64,000 bases of DNA from the human T2T-CHM13v2.0 reference genome, Homo sapiens: NCBI RefSeq assembly GCF_009914755.1, contig NC_060934.1, one strand, 5' to 3'. How positions within the stretch are numbered: the first letter of the stretch is position 1; each line of letters begins with the position of its first letter. Positions 30,611 through 47,908 of this stretch are shown here, piece by piece. A model generated the notes under the pieces. The model ran no database searches and was not told the DNA's origin. It was given only the letters and a program-made list of their open reading frames with translations. The position numbers and the translations under genes were made by a program.

Positions 30611-30976
30611 CAACAACGCTCTTCTTAGAGCATTTAAGAGGCCATTTCTGCTTGGGAGGAAGAGAAAGATTGCATGAGAGTGAAGGCAAGTCTCCTTAAT
30701 CAAACCTTTGTTTCTTTCTTTTGCCCTTTGGGATCTCTCAGCCAAGACAGAATGCTTCAGAGTAATGTGTCTATTTTCTGATCCTCAGATGTGTTTGTTG
30801 TTTTAGATAGATAGAGATAAGACAAGCTAGACAGTCAATAACAGTTCTGTCTGATAGAAATATAATGTGAGTCATGTATGTAATTTCAACTTTCTAGTAG
30901 ATTAAAAAGTGAAACAAAACAGGTGAGATTAATTCTAGTAGTGTACTTTAGCACGAGATAACCAACATCTCATTTA

Positions 30977-31373
<397 letters not shown>

Positions 31374-31398
31374 TTACAGCACATCAACTTTGGATTAA

Positions 31399-31703
<305 letters not shown>

Positions 31704-33009
31704 GGATTAACCACATTTTGAATGCTCCACCTAGCCACATGTGGCAAGTGGCTGCCATATTGGACAGTGCTTAACTTTCCCTCTACCTCTTTGCATGGCA
31801 GTCACTATTCCACTGCAGCCTGGCTATTTTTGCTCTCCTCACCCATTACAACCTTGTAGCTGTCCTCCAAAGAACAGTGCCCTTAGTAACTGTCTCTTCT
31901 GTTTTGATCTAGACCTGGCTCCAGTGGCAGGAGATATATCAACACAATATCAAGATGTTCTGAAGGTCTCTTTAGATGACATTTTACTGCATTGACTCCA
32001 TTCTTTTGTTTTTATCTGTATCAGAGAAATTACAACGGAAACGAGAAATGTTATGAACCAGATGCCGAAAAAGTCCCAGTGGCAAGAATCAGAAGAGGGC
32101 ACGAAGGTACTCAGAGATCCCCGCTACAAGTATAAGAGAAAATAAAGGCAACAAGAATGGCACAAAAAACACGTGTAAAACTGATGAACGTGGCTTTTTC
32201 AAGAAGGATTTGCACATAATCATTAGGCTATGCGACTAATGCCATAGCCTAGGCTGAATGTGCTTGGGAGTTCCTGAGTTATGAAAACAATTATTATATC
32301 TTAGAAGTTCTTCTTAGTGTGCTCCTGTGACTGATTGGCATATGGAACACAGAGGTTTCTTTCCTGTTCATGTAACGCTATCTTTATTTTTCTTGCAGTA
32401 CAATTAAGATGTTGCCGTAATAGACATAATGTCTTCCTCAAATTAATGAGATGCTTCCTTTATGCCCTTGATTAGGCAAGAATCTTTCTTTGGCAAATCA
32501 TATTTTTTTTATGCTGATAAAATAGAAAGCTTCTTTATGATGCCTTTTAAAAATAAATGAAATTATTTTTGAGCATATGACAAGTTTATCATATTTACTC
32601 TTGAAGAGTAAATATTTGAAAGTCCCATGAAAGAGATGTTTGAAAGTCAGATAATATCCACTGCACATTAAAATCTACATAGATGAGGCAGAAAAAACTC
32701 CACTTAACAATTTTAAAACATTTTCCTCCAGTTTGCACCACACAAAAACCTTTAAGAAACTCCTGGCACTTTACACATGGGTTATAGCTTATATTGCAGT
32801 AGGCTTGAGATTAAACTCAGGGCATATATGGGACAAATGTATTTTTCAGAAGGAACTCTAGTTATGCTGAATCCTCATTAATTTCCAACCAATTTCTAGT
32901 GTTGACTACATGAGGAAGATTTCTATCAGTGAGAGTCAGAGAAAGTCCCTCCATTGGGAGAGCATGCACAGGCAGCCTTGTAGAAAGAAATGAACAGAGT
33001 ACTTAATGA

Positions 33010-33589
<580 letters not shown>

Positions 33590-34640
33590 CAGCTTGGGTT
33601 TTTTCTAGTTATGTGACTTTAGGCATGTCCCTTAGCCTCCTTCACCCAAAATGGATAGAATAATAATATCCTGTCTGTCTCAAGGGTGGACTGTGAACCT
33701 TTTGGGGACTGGGATCCCCTTTGCTTTGCAGGTATGGTGCCTCCCACTAGTACTTGAATAGCAGTGACTGGGTCGATCTTTATTGAATAATGTATCAAAC
33801 AAAATGTTTGATGTAACATTACTTGTAAGCCTCATGATGTTATACTAGTGTAAAATTTTTTAAATATTCTGTTTCTTGCTAAGGTTATACTTCTATGCTG
33901 CAAGTTTAAAACTTCAAATAGAGATTTCTTGCTTCTAAGAACTAACTTTCAAGGGAGAAGCATAGAGAAAAATAACATGGTTTTGAAGTTGAGGTTATTT
34001 TGTCACCTAAGCCTTTGATAGTGATGGTGTGGAGAGTGATCTGGGGTGAAGAATATAGTTTGTGGTCACATTTCAAAAAGTGGGGCAAAAGTATTTTCTT
34101 TCTTTCTTTTTTTTTTATAGGTGTGCTTTTATTTAAAAACTACATGAGAAACAGACTTATTGGAAGAAATGCCTTTTTTTTATTACATCCTCTTAACAAC
34201 CAAGCTAGTAATCTAACTCAAGTTGGCAATATGGCCCGCTAAAAGTCCTTGGGGGACATGCACTAATGGGCAGATGAGAGTGACTTGTTGACACCTTCAT
34301 TGTTTTCATCCTACACTGGACATCAGTCGTTTGGCCCATTTTTCAGAGACCCACTTGAACTGTCTGAACCTATGAACTTCCCGAAAGTCTGGCCACCAAA
34401 CTGCATTAGGAGAGTCATGGCTGCACAACCGAAGGGCATTCATTTTATTCCCTGCCTTGGTGCAAGAGTCTCCCCAAACCAAGATGGACACATGTACTTC
34501 CTTTCAAGAGGCCACAAACAAGAACATTTCATTCCATTCTGAGATAATGATCCTAATTGGTTAAAATCACTTCAGAATTTGCTTGTCTTCTTATTAGTAC
34601 AGAGACCAGAGTGGAGCTTTATTAAGAAAAATGTGATTTT

Positions 34641-34784
34641 GATACCCCATTCTCCATGATGTGCTTATTTCACATTGCATGCCTATATCAAAACATTGCA
34701 TGTACCCCATAAATGTATACACCTACTATGTACCCACAAAAATGAAAAATAAAAAATAGAGAATAAGCTACAAAAATTTTTAAA
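34641..34784 (+). mobile_element. L1MA-type extreme 3' end
   Basis: cacattgcatgcctatatcaaaaca...tatacacctactatgtacccacaaaaat; TSD aagaaaaatgt at 34624-34634 and 34785-34795. Confidence 0.88.
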
Positions 34785-34795
34785 AAGAAAAATGT

Positions 34796-35212
34796 TTTTA
34801 TTTATTTTTATTTATTTATTTTATTTTTTATTTTACTTTAAGTTCTAGGATACATGTGCAGAATGTGCAGATTTGTTACATAGGTATGCATGTGCCATGG
34901 TGGTTTGCTGCACCTATCAACCTATCATCTAGGTTTTAAGCCCCGCATGCATTAAGTATTTGTCCTAATGCTCTCCCTCCCCTTGCCTCCCACCCCACTA
35001 CAGGCCCTGATGTGTGATGTTCCACTCCCTGTGTCCATGTTTTCTCATTGTTCAACTCCCACTTATGTGGTATTTGGTTTTCTGTTCCTGTGTTAGTTTG
35101 CTGAGAATGATGGCTTCCAGCTTCATCCATGCCCCTGCAAAGGACATGAACTCATTATTTTTATAGTTGCATAGTATTCCTTGGTGTATATGTGCCACAT
35201 TTTCTTTATTCA
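34796..35212 (-). mobile_element. L1PA (L1PA8-like) 3' end
   Basis: tactttaagttctaggatacatgtgcag...ttttaagccccgcatgcatta...aatgctctccctccc. Confidence 0.92.
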
Positions 35213-35227
35213 GTGTTTTTTAAAAAA

Positions 35228-35385
35228 GGGATAACTATGTGAGGTGTTGGATGTGTTGATTAGCTTGATTGTGTTACTCACATTTCATGATATATATGGG
35301 TATCAGATCATAATATTGTACACCTTAAATATATACAATTTTTATTTGCAATCATACCTCAATAGAGCTGAAAAAAATTTAAAAA
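35228..35385 (+). mobile_element. L1MA9/L1MB-like 3' end
   Basis: taactatgtgaggtg...ttagcttgattgtg...tgtacaccttaaatatatacaattttta. Confidence 0.8.
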
Positions 35386-35959
35386 CGTGTTAAAATTCAG
35401 ACAGGCATCAAGATGAGCTGTGTCTTTATACAGCAAACTCTGCACAGATCACAGACATCAACACTGTGAATGAGCAGACAAGCTTGTTTTCTGTACCTAA
35501 AGCCTTGTGAGAGTGGACCCACAGAGAGAGAAGCAATTGGCAGGTTCACTATAAATCTCTCCCATTTGTTGGTTAAAACAGGTTGCCTAAGGACTGCTAG
35601 CAGAAATCACCCCAGGTTAGTTTGATTGCCTTATGAACTTGAAATTAATAAAATCACTCTTCAAGAAAATCATTTATAGGACATGTTCATTATTAATGAC
35701 TATTTCTTGACATAATATAGAATTTATTCAAATTAAAACTTTATTGTGATCTTTTGGTTACAAGATGCAAGAGACATAGGCCAGAGATAAAAACATCATC
35801 TTAACCTATGTGTGCATATAGATCTGTTCTACAGAGGTTACCATCAGAGACTTCTCACTGTGTAGACAGAATAGCAATAGCTGCAAGTTAGTGGCTATTT
35901 TCTGCCCACTGGAAAATTTCCTTGGAGTTTCATGTGATTGATGATTATGAGGAGGATGA

Positions 35960-36135
35960 TAGTTGCCACATATTGAGTATCAGTATCTCACTAAATGCTT
36001 CAATAGCCACCTAGGATGGCAAACTATTTTTCCCATTTTACAGATGAAGAAAGAGGCTTGGGAAATAATTCGCTGTCCAAGATCAATATCTAGGAAATAG
36101 TAGAACTGGATTTTGAATCAAGTTAACTCCAAGGC
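35960..36135 (-). mobile_element. MIR
   Basis: tcccattttacagatgaaga. Confidence 0.7.
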
Positions 36136-36367
36136 TTGCTACTACCTTGCAGGGATGTCACACCAGTAAGGTTTATTCTTTCTCTGAACTTATAATTAGT
36201 ATATAATTTAGAGGCAACCACAGTTCTTCATCTTCTAATCCTCATTTTGAAGTGATCTTGAGTTCAACTTGAAACTGATGCTGTATTTACTGCAATACAG
36301 AGCACCTGAAACAATGCCTGGCCCACAGCAGATGCGCAAAAAAATTCTTGTTAAATAAATATTCTAG

Positions 36368-36668
36368 AGGTGACTCATGCTTGTAAACTCAGCACTTTGG
36401 GAAGCCAAGGCGAGTGGATTGCTTGAGGCCAGGAGTTCGAGACCCGTCTAGGCAATGTAGTGAGAGCCTTTCTCTACAAAACATTAAAAAAAAATTAGCT
36501 GGGCATGATGGTGCATGCCTGTAGTCCCACCTACTTGAGAGGCTGAGGGAGGAGGATTGCTTGAATGCAGGAGGTTAAGGCTGCAGTGAACCGTGATCAT
36601 GTCACTGCACTGGGCAACAGAGTAAGGCCCTGTCTCAATAAATAAATAAGTAAATAAAAAAGTAAAAA
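36368..36668 (+). mobile_element. AluJ inserted at an L2 3' end
   Basis: TSD aaata(a/g)atattctag. Confidence 0.92.
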
Positions 36669-37336
36669 ATAGATATTCTAGCTTGTTTTGGGGTAGTTGT
36701 CAGCCCCTGGTGGGAAGAAGGCAGATTGGAGACAGCCAAGAACATGTATTAAAATTAAAAGTAAACATTTTTCACTATTTTAAATAATCCATGGCATGGC
36801 CTGTTTAAGCAAGGGGGCAAATTGCAAATAGCACTAGGAAAATGTTTATCATAAGCAAAGGAATATACTTAAGAAATGAGCACGGCTGTGTGTTTTCCCA
36901 TTTGGTGATAGACGAAAATCAGTGTTTAGTCTTCTCATTTAAAATTTACTGAAACGAAAACATAATCCCAGTTAATTACTGTTCCCTAAGGTACCTGGTT
37001 GCACAATGTTTTATAAAATTAAAACCTGCTAAGCGTCCATGAAAAAAAAACCACACTTTTGATGCAAAACATTGAAAAAAAAAAAGAAAATAAAGAAGAG
37101 AAAAGGAAATAACAGAAGCCCAGTGAGCACCTTTAATTCTTGTCATGTCTGTATGAATAACCTGGGACAAGGGAGCTGATGAGAGTTATGGGCTTTTACA
37201 AAATTTCTTAGGACTGATTTCTACCTAAAGAACAAAAGAACAGGAAGATCCAAGGGGCGACACTTGAAGGGGAGCTCATCATCGTGACCTGTCACTTCAC
37301 TCGTCCTCAGGCCGACTTTAAAATTAGGAGGAGACT

Positions 37337-37615
37337 GGCCAGATGCCATGGTTCACACCTGTCATTCCAATGCTTTGGGAGGCCAAGGTGGGAGGATTGC
37401 CTGAGTCCAGGAGTTTGGGATCAGGCTGGACAACACAGTAAGACCCTATCTCTACAAAATATAAAAAAGTTAGCTGGGTGTGGTTTTGCATCTGTAGTCC
37501 CAGCTACTTGGGAGTCTGAGGTGGGAGGATCACTTAAGTCCAGGACATAGAGGCTTCAGTGAGCTGTGACTGTACCACTGTACCTCAGCCTGGGCAAGAC
37601 AGTGAGATCCTGTCT

Positions 37616-37654
<39 letters not shown>

Positions 37655-37660
37655 AAGAAA
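37337..37660 (+). mobile_element. AluJ
   Basis: TSD aaattagga(g/a)gagac; long poly(A). Confidence 0.94.
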
Positions 37661-37909
37661 TTAGGAAGAGACACCACAGAGTCACAGTTACAATTTCAAT
37701 CCCAGCAGATAAGGCTTCTAAGTCTTCCTGTTTCAGGGCTATTTCTCCAAGGAGGGAAAATATGAATTTGAGATATATAAGAATTGGGTTATGGATTCTC
37801 AAAAGAATGACCTCATAACCCTTGGGAAACCAAACACACAGTTCAGCGTGTATGTCTGCACACCAATCTTTCTTATTTTTGTTCAGTCTAAATGAAGATA
37901 TACTCATAA

Positions 37910-38246
<337 letters not shown>

Positions 38247-38514
38247 GTACTCAATGTTGTTAAAGATATTTAAAAAAATAAAAATCCCTTTCATATATAC
38301 ATAATAGGCCATACTCAATTGCCTTATAAACAGGGTCCTCAATGAATAGTTGTGAGGGTATTCGGGTGACACTATTCACCTCCCTGAGCATATATTGGGG
38401 AAAAATGAAACCAAAATCCAGCTTCAACTTTCCTGGCAGAGTAAAAACATGAAATAGAGTCCCTAAAGAGACAAACGAAGCGTAAGAAGAGGTCAGTTGT
38501 GTTTTCCCTTAAAA

Positions 38515-38780
38515 TCCATGTGACCCTCAGGAAGTTAGTTATTCACTGAACTCCAGTTTCCTTACTTGTAAATATTGAGATAATAATAACCGTACTCTTG
38601 AGGGGTCATTAGGGACACAGACCAATCAGAAGTGATATCTGGCCAATTGTACTGGACGTCGGCCAGGACTTTGTACTGGAGCAGACCAGCTGAACATCAA
38701 CCTTGGATTGGGGATTAAATACAAGTAAAAATGCCTTGTACAGTGTGTAGCTCATAGAAGATTCTCGATAAATGTTAATC
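38515..38780 (+). mobile_element. MIR fragments
   Basis: tgtgaccctcaggaagtta...cagtttccttacttgtaaa...ataataataac. Confidence 0.6.
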
Positions 38781-39129
38781 ATCTCCCATCGCTGAGAAGC
38801 TGAGATTGCTGTGATATGTGATAGGAATTATCTACAACTTCCCGTGGGATTCAGAATCAGTTTGAATAGCTATGACAATATTATTCTTAGTCCTGTTAGT
38901 TTAGGTTCAGTTGGTCTTAAATGGTTATTCTGAAAACATGTTTATTTCCCTACAGTGCTCATTGGCTTTGAGCATATAGGACAACAAAAGAATGCACAAT
39001 TCTGAGACTATCCTTCTGTTGAAAGTAGGCAAATGTTTCCCTTCATATTCCTGATCTCCAGATTCATCTGCGGAGAGAATGAAGGTAAAATAGTTCATTT
39101 TAGGGGTGAGAATTATACCAAATTAATAG

Positions 39130-39450
<321 letters not shown>

Positions 39451-39681
39451 TGAGTATAGTTGTTGGGCATGACACCGTCAATTCTCTGCTGATTAGTACT
39501 GATGGTGTACCTATTTTCCACATTATACAGGATTGGAATCCATACCTATGATAGAACTAGTTTGGGAATATTAGTTCTTCCAGGATGCTATTACATTTTA
39601 CTTAGTCATCTAAGTCACTTCCTTTCCTTAATCAAAGAAAGCGAATCCATTTGAAGTCAGAATACATTCAATGTTCTGTAA

Positions 39682-40145
<464 letters not shown>

Positions 40146-40865
40146 TATTTCTTGCCTTTCAACAGCCCCGATGAAATCCTGCTATTCCCCAATGTTCTAT
40201 TTAAGTTGTGCCTATTTTTTTTAAAGCTTTAACCTGTTGGTAAAAGTGAGAAATTTAGGTCTTTTCTTTACAAATGCAATATTATTTAAGTTAGAGAAAT
40301 ACACCTGACAAAATCCAGAAAGTAGCTTTACAAATAATTATATAATGTCTAGTCCCAACTAGTTTTGCTGTGGCCTGCCTAGAAGTATCAACCAGGTAGT
40401 AAAATTCAGAAAATAATCATTATTATTTTTTAAAAGCTGGCATACATTTTGCTCCTCCAAATAAACAAGTGAGAAATGACTTTCCATGCTATTTTAATCC
40501 TTAGCGATAAGCCACTTCAGAGACATGCTCAATCTTTGCACGTTAGGTCACCTTCCAGTGGCCTGGGAGCTGGGACTTGAGGAGCTCTTTTTCTGGTACT
40601 GTAATTCTTGCAGAATTCATCTTCAAGGATGTAAAAAGGCCATCTTTTAAATGTTTGTGAAACTCTGATGGAATTGCTGAGAGATGCAATCAGTTACCTT
40701 TCTCTCATGACCCTAAAATTCATGTGATCAGTTACTCTAATTTTTGTAGGCACATTGCGCCATTCCTTCTGTGTGTTAAATCATGGATCCTGGCATAAGA
40801 ACCACTGGGAAAGCTACATCTGATCCAAAGTTGTTGTCAGCAGGTTAGTGCTAACACCTTAAAAC

Positions 40866-40913
40866 CACACACACACACACACACACACAAACAAACACAC
40901 ACACACACACACA
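40866..40913. repeat. Interrupted (CA)n microsatellite
   Basis: Two CA runs separated by aaacaa. Confidence 0.95.
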
Positions 40914-42882
40914 CCCTCCTTTCTTCTTACCTTCCAAATACTGCACAGAGAGAATCCTTTAATAAATCAGTGTTTTAGGGACATATTCCTTAAAAGCCTT
41001 CGTAAGAGCTTTGATTCTGCTTGCTGTGATGATGTGTGAATGGCCTAGACAGAATCAATGGTATCTCATCACAAATCATGCCGTCTCACAAGGGCTTGGT
41101 GGTGTAAGCCAAAGGCATTGGTTTTTTATCATCCGCACTGATTGCCATTCTTATAGAAAACTGGGACGGATTACAAACGAGCTATTACAAACGAGATATT
41201 CCACTGTGGGTCCATGAAGGGATTTCTCTGTGAAGGAGTGTGCACGTTAAGATTTAACAGAAGCCATAGGCTTCCACTGGAGCGGGCGGGATTCACACAA
41301 GGTACACAACACTTTGTCAGGCTTGTTAGATGCTGTGATGAGGAAGAACCAAGGATCTAAGCCCCTCACTCTGTATGAAAGATGCCCTGAACAAGCACAC
41401 GTTTTTGAGACCAACTCATCGGAATTGTCAAATCCAGGGGAAGATCTCCAAGGTCCTACTCAGATCTGGCCAGCCCATGGATCTCCTGGTTTCCTAAAGT
41501 GTCGCAGAGTCAAAGATCAGGGCTGGTGGCTGTTCTCGTGAAATCCTTGGCAAAAGACTCAGGGATGTCCCACAGTCACCTTGTTTATGGATTGCCACTA
41601 ACGCGGGGGAAATTGACTGCGAGCCGGTTCACTTGGATTCCTGCTCTTGTGTATCAGCCATTGACACAGCTGTTCAGATTCCAGTTCAAAGGTGTTAGAA
41701 GGCTGGTGTGGGTCCCTGCTGGAGCAGCCCGCAGTGCTGATGAATCATGCAGGTGCAACATGGTGTCTCCTCCCTCCCAAGCATTTTCTCTTAGGAAATA
41801 TCTGTGATGACAAACTGTTTACTGTATCCTATTTTCCATCACCTTGAGTTCCTTGCAAGGCCATTTACCTATTAATATAATGCATCTGCCTATTTATCAC
41901 TATCCATCAGGCTATCTGTTTCCAGAGGGCCCGTCAGATAGCACCTAGGCACTCTGAACGTGTACCCAGCAGGCATGCTAGAACTTGAACTGGGCTGGGA
42001 GTCCTACTTCTTGATCTAGTTTTATGGAGAGCAATTAGCAAAAAGGGAACAGGTTTATAGGTAGCACTGAAACTTTAAAATGTTTCATATGCATCATAAT
42101 CAAGCTCTTAAAAAAAAAACAACTCTGGAGGAAGATGATTAAATCTCTCCTCTCTCTTCCTCAGCCTACCTATATTTGAAGTAGGGGAGCTACTCACTCT
42201 GGGAACATTAGCTTCCTCTTCTAACGGTTTATGTACTATACCTACCACTGCCCCACTTAACAATTCGTGCTTTTTCCCTCAAAACCTTGGATGTGTGCCG
42301 AGTGGAACCATAATGTGATTTTAAGCCATAGCAATGATGCAGTTGCAACCAATATGGCTCTGGATCCAGTCCAACTGCACACATTATGTGTCTTGTGTCT
42401 TTTGCAGCTTGTGGCCAGCAGAGGAGAGAGTAGGAGTGAGGGCCAGTCTGGGATAAGACAAACAACAGTGAGGGCCAACTTTTCCAAGCAGGATCCAGCA
42501 TGTTTGCTGTTAAAAGCATAGGAATTAATTTCACTCATTGTCACCTATGCTAAACCCTCTGGGGGACACATTTGCCATCAAATGAGACAGTACCATCAAG
42601 AATTGCCAACTGAAGGTGGCACTTAGAAGAGGTGGTTCCGTAATAGCTGCAGATTCGTCTGTAGCTTAAAATATAATCAGACAGGGTGCAGAGCAACGCT
42701 GCTGGTTTAGCTTGCTTGGTTTCACAGGAAGGGCAGCCTCATGTGTCTTCCTCCTTCCCAAGGTCCCTCGTCCACACCTGGATCACACACTCCCTTGCAG
42801 AGCTTAATTTCCCCTAACTCTGTACCCTTCCTGATCTCATCCTTTCTTTATGGCTACAATGAGAACACACACGCACCCAGAA

Positions 42883-43236
<354 letters not shown>

Positions 43237-44259
43237 TGAATTCCCTTAGCAGCAGCACGGACTTATTCCTCCATTTCCCATTCTTTCATTCCTTCAGCTA
43301 CCATGTGCCTTTCCTACATACGCCTTTCAGATGAGTCTCAGGTTGTTTCTTGAAATCTTTGGTGTTATCTCCCAGCTACCTGCTAACTAATTTGAAACAG
43401 GGGACCACATGGTCTTGGTCTTCCTGGCTTTATTACAATATTTTATTCTAACGGGCTTCAGAAATGTGGCTGATATTAATTTTACTCTCATCTTCTAAAG
43501 GCCAACGACACCCAAAATTTCATTTTGTATCTCTTGTCCTCCTTTTGGACTTGAAATTCTGAATGTCTAATGTCCATGGGCCACTGATTATTAAACAAGA
43601 ATAAGCCCAGAGTTTGCTGGGCTTATGTTCACTGTTATGATCTAGAATCTATTCTGTTTTGAGAAAGCGAAGAACGTAGAAAATGACATTTTTTTTTTTT
43701 TTGGTAATTGAGTGTTAGAAGCCCAAGATGGGTACCTGTAGATTTTCTCCTTCTTGTACTTTAGATTTTCTCCTTCTAAATTATGTCTTAAAATAGTTTA
43801 AAAATATTTTTCCCTTGTATGGAATATTTTAGGTTACTCTTCAAAGATCTAAATTTAAAATGTGATCATTCTTCAGTGTTTAAACCCCTTAACATGAAAT
43901 TGACATAAATCTCTATTTAATTTTATTACAACATTTTGGTAATAGGCTCTAGTATTATATTAATTGAGTTATAATAACTAAGGGAAATTGAGGCAAGAAT
44001 GGGAGATGCTATTTTATAACACATTAAATCATAGGTCAGGCCTGGTCATATTGGTTCAACTTCTACCACTAAAATGAAATTATTAATTTAGTTTAGAAAA
44101 TTGCTCCTGTAATTCTGGCAGAGAGATGGACAAGACAGCACAGGCAAGCAGTAATTTTTGACACTTAGGTTAATTTTATTATGTGCTTTATGTATTTTCA
44201 ATAAAATATATAGGTAATTAAAAATTGAACTGTGGTGCTTTTTTGGATTTATAATAATT

Positions 44260-44790
44260 AGCACATACATTGGACTTTATAGTTTCAAAAGCTTTATACA
44301 TCATTAATTAACTATGAATGAGGTAGTGAGTACGATTATACCCATTTTACAGGTGAGCAAACTGAGCCATGGGGTGCTTAAGTCAATTGCCTAAGCGTTC
44401 CCAGCATACCAGGGGAGAAGACGGTTGAACTACAGAGCCGGTGACATCAGTCCTGGCGTCTTCTTGCCTTTAGCCATTAATGGTTGTAAGGTACTCAGGA
44501 GTAACAGACAAGTGCAGCCACGAACTCCTATCTTGTTTTTTTTTTTTCCATTTTGGGGGGATTCTTGTTAATACTTTAATACGAGAACCTTAAAAGTTCT
44601 TAATTATATTGGGCAGCCACGTCCCTTGGAGGAAGGTAAAGTAGGTATTATTACTTGTCCTTCACAGGTGAGTAACCGGAAACCCAGAGTGGCAGCCCAA
44701 AAGGCCAGTGAACCAGTGACAGATCCTAAATAGGTGGGTACCAGAAGCACCATCCACAAACCCTGACGTTCTGACAGCCACGCTTCCACT
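44260..44790 (-). mobile_element. Two MIR fragments
   Basis: cccattttacaggtgagcaaactgag (about 44341); ttcacaggtgagtaaccggaaaccc (about 44661). Confidence 0.65.
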
Positions 44791-44947
44791 ACTCGACCTC
44801 TGAGGGCCATGAAGCTGGTAAAATGGTATCTAATGACAGCACCAAAAAGAACCCAGCATTTACTTCTTTGACCTTTTCGGAGTGTGTGCATTTAAATTTC
44901 AGCACCCTACAGATCACCATCATGAAGTCTTTCAGAATGCAAAGACA

Positions 44948-45325
<378 letters not shown>

Positions 45326-45394
45326 TCACCTATTCACCGTCACCCACCCCACCTTCAAATATCGGAGCTACTGGGTATACTAGTTTTATTTTCT

Positions 45395-45536
45395 GTCTCT
45401 CTCTCTCTCTTTTTTTTTTTAGAGACCAGGTCTTTCTATGTTGCCCAGGCTGGTCTTGAACTCCTTGGCTCAAGTGATCTTCCTGCCTCAACCTCTCAAG
45501 TAGCTGGGATTACAGGTGTGCATTTCCATGCCTGGC
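45395..45536 (-). mobile_element. FLAM-type monomer
   Basis: Single left-arm Alu with (CT)n/T tail. Confidence 0.88.
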
Positions 45537-46674
45537 TTTATTCTCTTTTTAAACACAATATATTCAGAAAGTAGTTCATCCTGTGATTCCAGTGCTCAAA
45601 AAATATCAAGAATGAACTTTCATAGAAAACACATTTTCCTATGCTTGCTCTTCTGTGTGTGGTAACCAGATGGGAGCATTAAATGATAGAAAACTCACTG
45701 TTCCACAGGCCAATAGTCTCACCTTCCCTTGCTTCTAGGAAATGGTTTTAGGTGCAGGCACAATTCTAGAGAGAACCAAGTTGCCAGCATGGCGATTCCA
45801 ACCTTGCTTGGAGCAATTAGTTGTATCCATTCCCTGGAGGATGGGGACACAAAAATCTTAGAGGAATCAGGGGTTGTAGCCCAAGGCTGACGTTTGTATC
45901 AACAGGGGCTGAAGTCCCCCTTTTATTTTAATATTTACAAATAGAAAATGCAGTGCCTTATATGCTGTTTTCTTATGGTGGAGGTAGTCCTTCATCGGAT
46001 TTAGAGAACCTGGTAATTTTAAAAGTGAAATTGAAAATAGGAAAAGAGCAGGGTCATCAGGCTCAATGGTAATTGTGTGGAAAGGCACTGTGGAAGGCCA
46101 GATCTTGGCACTCTGGAATAATTAGGAGGTCATGTTGGCAATAAGGTTTTAATATAATCACCTCGTGAAGACAGGGAGAGCAATTCTTGCCCCTTCACTC
46201 TGTTATAAGGCTACGGGGATAAACATCCATATCTCAGCAGATCTAGAGAGTGGGATGATGACACAGAGCAGTGTGAGCTGTGGCTGCACAGAGAGCCAAG
46301 GCAGCTACTGCAGGACACACCTGAACTGAACTTGAGCTTAAGAGAGATGTGCCATCCTTAACTTTCTCTTTCACTTTTCTGGAAAGTGCAAGGGCTTGTG
46401 TATCTTTCACAGAAGCACGGTTTTGTCCAACCTGGACAGGTTGTTGCACAAACAGCAAGACCCTGGGAGGGACACACATGGTGGTCATGAAGGAGGAAAG
46501 CGATACGCTTGCAGCCAGGCACAGAAACGGAACTCTCTGGCGATCAATGGCAGGATACTTATACTCGCTAATGTGCATTTTTTCTCACGAAAAATATTAT
46601 GTTTGATATTTTCGAAAGATATTGCACTCTCAGTGTCAATTTACTTTATAAGCATAAATCAAACATAACTAAAA

Positions 46675-47340
<666 letters not shown>

Positions 47341-47344
47341 GTAA

Positions 47345-47650
47345 ACGGTGCTTATGATATGCTTAGTGCTCTATGTACATCAGCTGGCTCAATCCTTACA
47401 AGAGCCCTGTGAGGCATGCAGCATTACTGTCTCATTTTTCAGATAAGGAAACTGAGGTCTAGAAAGGTTAGTTGCCCAACATCACATGCCTGCTAAGAGA
47501 AAGAGCTTTAACCGGATTCCCCGTTCATTCCATACTGATTCTTTTAATGACTTCACTTGCAAAGGTTGTGGGGAGGATGAAATTAGACAACTCATCTTAA
47601 CACCATAGTATCTGATACTTAATAAATACTCAATCACTGTGAGTTATAAT
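47345..47650. mobile_element. MIR fragments in both orientations
   Basis: catttttcagataaggaaactgagg (-); ggttgtggggaggatgaaattaga (+). Confidence 0.65.
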
Positions 47651-47749
47651 TTGTAGTCATTGTCAACCACTATGCTTATAATAACCAGTTTCTGTTGAGT
47701 TTGCTGCATTGATTAAGGCCAATAATATCATAGGGTCAGGTGATGTCAT

Positions 47750-47908
47750 TTTTTTCTTTAAAATTTTTTTCATTCATAATTAAAAAAAAATAGAGATAGG
47801 TCTTGCTATGTTGCCCAGGCTGGTCTCAAACTCCTGGGCTCAAGTGATTCTCCCGCCTCAGCCTCTCAGAGGGCTAGGATTACAGGTGTGAGCCACCAGT
47901 GCCTGGTC
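47750..47908 (-). mobile_element. FLAM-type monomer
   Basis: tagagataggtcttgctatgttgccc...gggctcaagtgat. Confidence 0.88.

Noticed and set aside
36701-36716. CTCF-like motif (also 59258-59275)
   Set aside because: Each mismatches highly conserved core positions; not supportable without ChIP data.
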